Of a stretch of 64,000 nt of DNA, positions 58,137-64,000 are shown in pieces. Position numbers and translations under genes: made by a program. Under the pieces are notes generated by a model. It did not search any database and was not told the origin of the DNA. It saw nothing but the letters and a program-made list of their open reading frames with translations. Within the stretch, counting starts at the first letter, position 1, and each line of letters starts with the position of its first letter. The DNA comes from an uncultured Alphaproteobacteria bacterium (lineage in GTDB: Bacteria; Pseudomonadota; Alphaproteobacteria; UBA3830; CAYLKK01): contig CAYPOM010000005.1 in assembly GCA_964412505.1 (NCBI GenBank), forward strand, positions 14,411 through 78,410, in the 5' to 3' direction.

Positions 58137-59552
58137 CTATGAAATCTCCTTAAATGCAAACTTACAAACACAATCAAAATTTGCATTCTTAAATGCCTCT
58201 AGACGAATTATAGTAGGAACAACAACAACGCCATTAATTATCACAGAATCTGCTTGAAAAAATGAAATATCAATATTTGAACTTACATTTAGTAAAATTT
58301 TCTTCCCATTAGAAAATGTAATATTTACCCCATTTTGATAAAGCAAATTTTCAACTAAAATAGGTTCATAAAAAACAAATTCCTTCAAAACACTCATTTT
58401 AAATGTGGATGTTATGATAACCTCCCACCTAATTTCTGTACCAAGGTTGTTCATATAAACACGCTTAGAAAAAGAAGCCTGCCCTAAAATGTAATCTAAC
58501 ATAGAATTCCCATCAAAAAGAGAAAATCCATGTTCTTGTTCAATATCACAATTACAAACCTTATATGATCTTAGTCCATTTTCAGGATTAAACATCCTAA
58601 GTTTCGTGACTTCAGATACATTTGTACTTTGATTTTGGAAAAAAAATTCAGTATTAAGAAAACAAGATTTCTTATCTATAAATAACTCACTATCAAACGC
58701 ACTTATCTTGTCAAATCTGTCCCATTTAACAACATCGTTTTTTTGATTAGATAATATACTTTTTATATGATGTATAGATGGGGTGTACTTGCTTCCGAAA
58801 ATTGCTAAACCATTTTTACTTACAATATAAGCAACCCTCTTTTTTAATAAATCAGCGATATCAGAACACAACACAAATTCAGCACTGTTTGGATCTATAA
58901 TAGCAGTGATATCTTCAATCTCTTTGATCAATTTTACAATTTTAATAGGTTTAATATCATCACAATTATCAATTTTATTATTTATATGCGCAGCAAGCTC
59001 TTTTAAAAACATCTTGCCTTCACGCTTCTCTTTAAAAAAAATAGAACAAGCGATTAAAGCACGATAAACAGATACAACGTGAGTTATCTTATAATTTAAA
59101 AAACGAATATTTTTCAAAAATTTAAACTGTGCATATACACTTTTCAGATAAGAAGATCTAAAATCTTTTTCCGAGGTTTTGACAATATTGTTATAGCAGT
59201 ACAACCAGTAATATATTCTAGATGAGACGATAACAGGAGCCCATGTAACACTATCAACTTTTTTAAAATTTTCTATCCAATTAGCCATTTCAGTCTTTAT
59301 ATGTTTTCTAATGTTTCGATCATGGGATGATGCAACATATTTCAACCAACCAAAAGAATAAGCTCTGTCTTGAAATAAAGCACTATTCTTCATTTCATCA
59401 TTTATTACAAATTCTTGCACCCAACGTTTAAATATAGGTGATTTCACATCGAATTGATTACGACAAAATACAAAGTTTATTCCTGTAAACGTACACATTT
59501 TATAGAATAAAAAAGATTTTGCTTCTTTTACTCTAATAAATACTTTTTTCAT
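58137..59552 (-). CDS. Hypothetical protein, possibly a divergent heparinase II/III-like family member
   Basis: A gene of that family commonly sits near rsmB in alphaproteobacteria. Weak pattern matches are seen (SFGWLKYV like hgF.WLrdL, W.P..V.SRIYYWL, NGLAIFGS like DG.La.FNG). The assignment is from memory and is weak. Confidence 0.35.
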   Translation of the reverse strand: MKKVFIRVKEAKSFLFYKMCTFTGINFVFCRNQFDVKSPIFKRWVQEFVINDEMKNSALFQDRAYSFGWLKYVASSHDRNIRKHIKTEMANWIENFKKVDSVTWAPVIVSSRIYYWLYCYNNIVKTSEKDFRSSYLKSVYAQFKFLKNIRFLNYKITHVVSVYRALIACSIFFKEKREGKMFLKELAAHINNKIDNCDDIKPIKIVKLIKEIEDITAIIDPNSAEFVLCSDIADLLKKRVAYIVSKNGLAIFGSKYTPSIHHIKSILSNQKNDVVKWDRFDKISAFDSELFIDKKSCFLNTEFFFQNQSTNVSEVTKLRMFNPENGLRSYKVCNCDIEQEHGFSLFDGNSMLDYILGQASFSKRVYMNNLGTEIRWEVIITSTFKMSVLKEFVFYEPILVENLLYQNGVNITFSNGKKILLNVSSNIDISFFQADSVIINGVVVVPTIIRLEAFKNANFDCVCKFAFKEIS

Positions 59553-59554
59553 TA

Positions 59555-60205
59555 TTAAAAACATACACACTCTCTAAGCGATTTTATAGCTGAATCTGGA
59601 TTACAACTTTTAAAAATATATCCTCCGGAAATTATTGCATTCGCACCTGCTAGCAAACATTGATTAATAGTTTTATCATTCACCCCACCATCGACAAAAA
59701 TTTCTTTAGCACAATTATCATTTCCCAAAATTCGAGAAGAGAAATCATTAAGCTCTTCCAAGCGACTATATGATATTTTTTGGAATGATCTCCCAGGCTG
59801 AACTGTCATAAAAACGAATGAATCAAATAGATTTAACATTTTTAGCGCAATATCCATGTCACATTTTGAATATATAGCACAAGCCAATTGCCCACAATGT
59901 TTCTTAACGGAATCGTATATTTTATTTATATCAGAGCATGTTTCTGGATGGATTATAATCCTATTAGCTCCAGCTTCTATATAATCAAGCACACGTAAAT
60001 CAGGATTACTAATCATCAAATGAGCATGGATTGGCAAAGAAGAATAATTATGAATTGTTTCGCATAGATTACATCCAAAAGATATCGTATCAACATAATG
60101 CCCATCCATCACGTCGAAATGTATCGAATCTGCATTGCAAATTGCATTTAGTCCTTGCTCTAACTTCAACAAATTACATGCTAATATCGATACAGAAATA
60201 TGCAT
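59555..60205 (-). CDS. rpe: Ribulose-phosphate 3-epimerase
   Basis: ISVSILACNLLKL...IHFDVMDGHYV matches the Rpe N-terminal signature, and HLMI and VDGGV motifs are present. Confidence 0.85.
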   Translation of the reverse strand: MHISVSILACNLLKLEQGLNAICNADSIHFDVMDGHYVDTISFGCNLCETIHNYSSLPIHAHLMISNPDLRVLDYIEAGANRIIIHPETCSDINKIYDSVKKHCGQLACAIYSKCDMDIALKMLNLFDSFVFMTVQPGRSFQKISYSRLEELNDFSSRILGNDNCAKEIFVDGGVNDKTINQCLLAGANAIISGGYIFKSCNPDSAIKSLRECVCF

Positions 60206-60206
60206 T

Positions 60207-61475
60207 TTAATTACGCCTCAATCTAGCGCAAAAAAAACCATCCATTTTATGCATATACGGAGAACTAACAAAAAAATCGCAACGATGTCCAGCAGGGAAC
60301 TCTATAGGATCTACCTCAAATTCCGGATATCTTTCGCAAAATGAAACAACCTGATCCTCATTTTCATCTCTAAAAATAGAACATGTAGCATAAACTAAAT
60401 GTCCTCCAGGTTTAACTAATTTATGAGCTAACTCTAAAATACTTTTTTGTACTTCAACTAACTCTATAACATCATTCTCTTTAATCCTAATTTTCATATC
60501 AGGATTTCTACGCCATGTTCCACTTCCAGAACAAGGTGCATCTACCAAAACACAATCTGCGAATTTTTCATGACGTTTTATCCATTTACTAGTGACAGCA
60601 TTACAGTATGTGTTTGTAACCCCTGCCCTACGCATGCGTAATTTCGCATCTTCAAGCCTATATTCATATTTGTCTGTCGCGTAAATTCTACCTTTATTTT
60701 CCATCATTGCAGCAAGCGCCAACGTTTTTCCTCCAGCACCTGCACAAAAATCAACCACCGTATCACCTGGCTTAACTTTACAAAATTCTGCGATTAATTG
60801 TGATCCCTCATCTTGTATTTCTATAATACCATTTTTAAAAAAATCTGAATTTCTAGGAATGTTTCCATGTTGTAAAATAATACCATTTTGGGAATATTTT
60901 GTTTTCTCAACTGGCAAACCTTCTTCTAACATTTTACTCAAAACATCGTTTACATTTCCCTTTAATGTATTTACGCGTAGATTAACTTTCGCTCTAGAAT
61001 TTAGCGCATATATTTCTTCAGTAAAATTATCTTTGAAACGTTCCTTTAATCTCGTTTCTGCCCATTCAGGATAATTTAACATGACACTCTGTTTTGTTTG
61101 ACTAAAATCTATATTTTGTAGCTTATTTATAAATTTATGTTCAAAAGGGCTTAGCTTCTCAGGAGAGTACCTCGCTCCGTTAAAAATTTCTTCTATCTTT
61201 TTAAGATCTAGCTTCTGGACAATAACTAAATATGAAAGAATTAAAAACCGAGATAAATTTGCTGTTATTTTCTCGCATACATATGATAACAACTCGAAAT
61301 TACGCAGTACATCGTATGCCAATCTAGCGATTTCTTTGCGATCCTTGCTACCTATAAATTTATGTTCATAAAAGAACGAAGAAGCTAACGAATCAAATGG
61401 TCTATTCGTATCAATAAAACGTTCTAACAAAAAAATAGCGGATTGTGTAATTCCTCCGTTAGTCATATTTTTCAC
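60207..61475 (-). CDS. rsmB: 16S rRNA (cytosine-C5)-methyltransferase RsmB/Sun family
   Basis: The SAM site DFCAGAGGKT, the catalytic DAPCSGSGTWRRNPD and the YATCS motif are present. Confidence 0.85.
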   Translation of the reverse strand: MKNMTNGGITQSAIFLLERFIDTNRPFDSLASSFFYEHKFIGSKDRKEIARLAYDVLRNFELLSYVCEKITANLSRFLILSYLVIVQKLDLKKIEEIFNGARYSPEKLSPFEHKFINKLQNIDFSQTKQSVMLNYPEWAETRLKERFKDNFTEEIYALNSRAKVNLRVNTLKGNVNDVLSKMLEEGLPVEKTKYSQNGIILQHGNIPRNSDFFKNGIIEIQDEGSQLIAEFCKVKPGDTVVDFCAGAGGKTLALAAMMENKGRIYATDKYEYRLEDAKLRMRRAGVTNTYCNAVTSKWIKRHEKFADCVLVDAPCSGSGTWRRNPDMKIRIKENDVIELVEVQKSILELAHKLVKPGGHLVYATCSIFRDENEDQVVSFCERYPEFEVDPIEFPAGHRCDFFVSSPYMHKMDGFFCARLRRN

Positions 61476-61582
61476 CTCAAGATTCGTTAATTTTAAAATA
61501 AACTGGCGAAGTATTCAATATCGTTATAATTCAACTATGTTGAGACATTTTTTAGCTATATTAATATACATTAAACTAGTAA

Positions 61583-61650
61583 TTATAGCTCTTGCGAAGG
61601 TAATCTTTAAAAACTTAAAACTAAGACAAGATTTACTTCACAAGAGCTAT
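61583..61650. repeat. Long imperfect palindrome (24-nt arms, 21/24 paired, 20-nt loop) between the large orphan ORF and rsmB
   Basis: TATAGCTCTTGCGAAGGTAATCTT (61583-61606) is paired with AAGATTTACTTCACAAGAGCTATA (61627-61650). No U-run follows on either strand. Confidence 0.6.
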
Positions 61651-61671
61651 AACGCAACAAAGTCTTAATGA

Positions 61672-64000
61672 CTACTTATTTTGTTTTTTCTGTGCATTGA
61701 TTATATCAAGAGGATTCAAAGCGTGATCTCCTTCATATTCGTTATATGCATCAGATTTTTTTATACTTTTTTGTCCTGATTCATTGTTGCGACTTTTTCT
61801 CGATTTTTTACAATCTCCGCTAATGTTTCCAGCATACACTACTTTACCAACAATTTCTGGTTCTTTTTTCTTAAAAGCTGGTATCACATCGCCTATATCT
61901 TCGCCAGGATACTGCGCAGCAAAACTCTCTTTTAAAATCCTGTCAAACTCCTCGTCAGCATTTTTACTATCAGAGAATTCGATTTTGCCTTTTTTATTAT
62001 ATAGCGCACAAAATTCATCTTTTGTACCAACAAATTTCCACTTATTTTGTCGCGGTATTTTAAAATTTATTGAGACATACGTGAAGGCATAAGAAGGGAC
62101 AATCTTCAAAATCTCAGAAATTTCTATTGTTTCAAGCCGTGTATTATCAGGAATATCTAGTGTAAAACCAGTCAGATTCTGGTTCTCACTAAAAGCGCCT
62201 TTAGACACTCGCGTGACAAAATGTGGGATAAAAACAACTTGTTCATTGAGTTGATACCCACAATCTAAACCTTTATATATCCCATCGCCTCCTAAAATAA
62301 TAGATTCATTTTTCATAGAGCCTTCATCTACTTTGATCTTCCCTTGTATTATTTCGCTTATAAACAATTTACTAACATCCAGACCTTGCCCATCCAAGAA
62401 CATATCTAATGTATCAAACTTTATTATCGCTTTCGCGTCTGATATTTGTTTTACATATCTACATGCAAGTTTTACCCCTTTCGGGACGCATACATCTGTT
62501 AGATAAGAATAATCACTGTTACCATCTACCTCAATCTTTATTCTATCAGGCAGTGCGTTTTCCCAATCATTATTTTTTAAAATCTGCATTGCATCTTGTA
62601 AACCCTTTACAACTAATGTAACGGAGCCTTGTTTACATTTATACTTCACACAACTTTCACGACCTGGCATAAAGATACTAGTCTGCCTAGATGGAACTAT
62701 CTTAATCTTTTGAGCACGTCCACATAAATTAACAACATTTACACCATTAGGTAATGCAGCCTCATGAATAAGTTCTATTGTCTCAGGAATATTAAATTCT
62801 TTTATATTTTTCTCAGATCTCAACAAACATGACGCGTTTAATCCATTTCTGCAAGGACTGTTCGATCCTGCAATTTGTGTCGTTTCAAGAATCTGAACAG
62901 ATTTTTTCGTGTCATCAAATTCAAAGAAATACCTAGGCACAGATACATCCTTTGCGAAAACTAGTTCTTCTTTACTCACACTTCCAGTTAGATTACGTGG
63001 ATATTTAGCAGACTTAATCGATTTTTTAATGCTCTTAATATTGTCTTGACTAAAGACATTAGATCCAGAGTTATAACATGAACTATAAACATCTCCATGT
63101 CCAGTATACTCATATCTACTCTTTTCACTATTATAAAGATTCCTTATGTGTTTAATAGCTGTATCTTGGCATGCGAAATTACTCCGATTAATCCCAAGAC
63201 TACAAGTACACGAATTATCTCCACACTTGGATACACTGCTAACGAGTAGAGTAATATCATCTAACGGCGCGACGGAATCATCTATTCCAAACACATTTTT
63301 CCAACTGTATTGCGTAACGCCCGAAAACACCTCTCCAATTTTCTCATAAAAATCATTTATATCCCAATTATTATATGCAAAATCCAAAGTACGTCGCACA
63401 GATGAATTAATATTTGGAAGGACATTCGACATTTGCATCTCTTGGCTAGCAACTGAAGGATTATTACTACGAAATAACGACATATTTTGCTCTGCTAGAG
63501 GGCAACTTAAAAGAGCTTGATTAGAAAGGCCAATCGCTAAATTCTTAGGCATGTGCCACTCACATACTCCAAACGCCCAACGAATACATTTTATGACCTC
63601 ATCCTTAATAGTATTGGTATGCTGCTCATTACATATATTCGTAATCTCATTTAGAATAAGCGATTTTGCATTATTATGTAACAATTCTCCTAGCAACTTC
63701 CATGACGACAGCGATTGCAAAGTAAATTTTTCTCTCAATAAAAATTTTAAAAACAGTACACCGGTAGCGTATGTAACACCGCCATCATTAACATCTTTTA
63801 AAAATGCTGTGATAGCTTCATTGCTAGAAATAATATTTTTAAGAACTTCGTTTTTAAATACATCAGAAGAAATGATGCCTTTTATCGAGCTACGAATACC
63901 CTCAATACGTAATTTGTCAAGTTCATCCTGCAGAGGAAAATCGCATTTTTTTTGAAGTAAACTATTATAATCATTATTATTAACAACATCTATAGAAATT
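61672..64000 (-). CDS. Large orphan protein, 5-prime partial (reading frame open to the window edge)
   Basis: The track ORF starts at the TTG at 63738. My manual translation of the same frame from 63739 to 64000 shows no stop (..ISIDVVNNNDYNSLLQKKCDFPLQDELDKLRIEGIRSS...GVLFLKFLLREKF..), so the gene probably begins beyond 64000. The C-terminal third has BspA-like LRR-flavoured segments (FIPHFVTRVSKGAFSENQNLTGFTL) and a basic tail. Confidence 0.55.
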   Translation of the reverse strand, partial: ISIDVVNNNDYNSLLQKKCDFPLQDELDKLRIEGIRSSIKGIISSDVFKNEVLKNIISSNEAITAFLKDVNDGGVTYATGVLFLKFLLREKFTLQSLSSWKLLGELLHNNAKSLILNEITNICNEQHTNTIKDEVIKCIRWAFGVCEWHMPKNLAIGLSNQALLSCPLAEQNMSLFRSNNPSVASQEMQMSNVLPNINSSVRRTLDFAYNNWDINDFYEKIGEVFSGVTQYSWKNVFGIDDSVAPLDDITLLVSSVSKCGDNSCTCSLGINRSNFACQDTAIKHIRNLYNSEKSRYEYTGHGDVYSSCYNSGSNVFSQDNIKSIKKSIKSAKYPRNLTGSVSKEELVFAKDVSVPRYFFEFDDTKKSVQILETTQIAGSNSPCRNGLNASCLLRSEKNIKEFNIPETIELIHEAALPNGVNVVNLCGRAQKIKIVPSRQTSIFMPGRESCVKYKCKQGSVTLVVKGLQDAMQILKNNDWENALPDRIKIEVDGNSDYSYLTDVCVPKGVKLACRYVKQISDAKAIIKFDTLDMFLDGQGLDVSKLFISEIIQGKIKVDEGSMKNESIILGGDGIYKGLDCGYQLNEQVVFIPHFVTRVSKGAFSENQNLTGFTLDIPDNTRLETIEISEILKIVPSYAFTYVSINFKIPRQNKWKFVGTKDEFCALYNKKGKIEFSDSKNADEEFDRILKESFAAQYPGEDIGDVIPAFKKKEPEIVGKVVYAGNISGDCKKSRKSRNNESGQKSIKKSDAYNEYEGDHALNPLDIINAQKKQNK

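Noticed and set aside
63551-63955. 134-aa plus-strand ORF at the right edge
   Set aside because: It is antisense to a minus-strand frame that stays open from 61672 to the window edge, so it is probably spurious.
1-64000. Possibility of a reassigned stop codon (for example UGA as Trp), as in some reduced genomes
   Set aside because: All long conserved genes (lepA, ligA, glmS, hisS and others) read full length under the standard code without internal stops.

Overview
The window is AT-rich (roughly 30% GC by eye, not computed) and looks like a chromosome segment from an obligate-intracellular alphaproteobacterium of Rickettsiales or Holosporales type. The lineage call rests on four things: an ATP/ADP translocase (tlc), the alphaproteobacterial atpB-atpE-atpF'-atpF order, an ntrY-ntrX-trkA cluster, and a DUF1476 (zeta inhibitor-like) gene. 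Standard code 11 fits, since all long housekeeping ORFs are intact. Most of the window is compact housekeeping operons: lepA-proS, ligA, hisS-rnc-era-tsaD, the atp F0 genes, dusB-fis, rsmB-rpe-X-trmD, pheS-glmU-glmS and acpP-fabF. Several accessory or decaying regions lie between them. (1) A 954-aa secreted BspA-type LRR protein carries two tandem modules that, from memory, resemble Entamoeba BspA-like proteins. A decayed inverted paralogue lies 2.3 kb away. (2) A 328-bp tandem duplication captures the dsbD 3-prime end, and one copy is split by a ~285-bp MITE-like element. (3) Three dead IS30-family relics are present. Two are inverted and bracket acpP-fabF plus an orphan gene, and one sits beside a stray fragment of tsaD. 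(4) There is a two-gene mevalonate-pathway module (mvaS plus a class I HMG-CoA reductase) and a separate lone phaC. (5) A membrane sensor keeps a histidine-kinase fold but has lost every catalytic motif, and NtrX has lost its Walker A and Walker B residues. (6) Several signal-peptide orphans are present, including a peptidoglycan-binding/DUF1906 enzyme and a large orphan ORF that runs off the right edge. No rRNA or CRISPR array was seen, and there is one tRNA (Lys-UUU). All homology statements come from reading motifs by eye, since no searches could be run.
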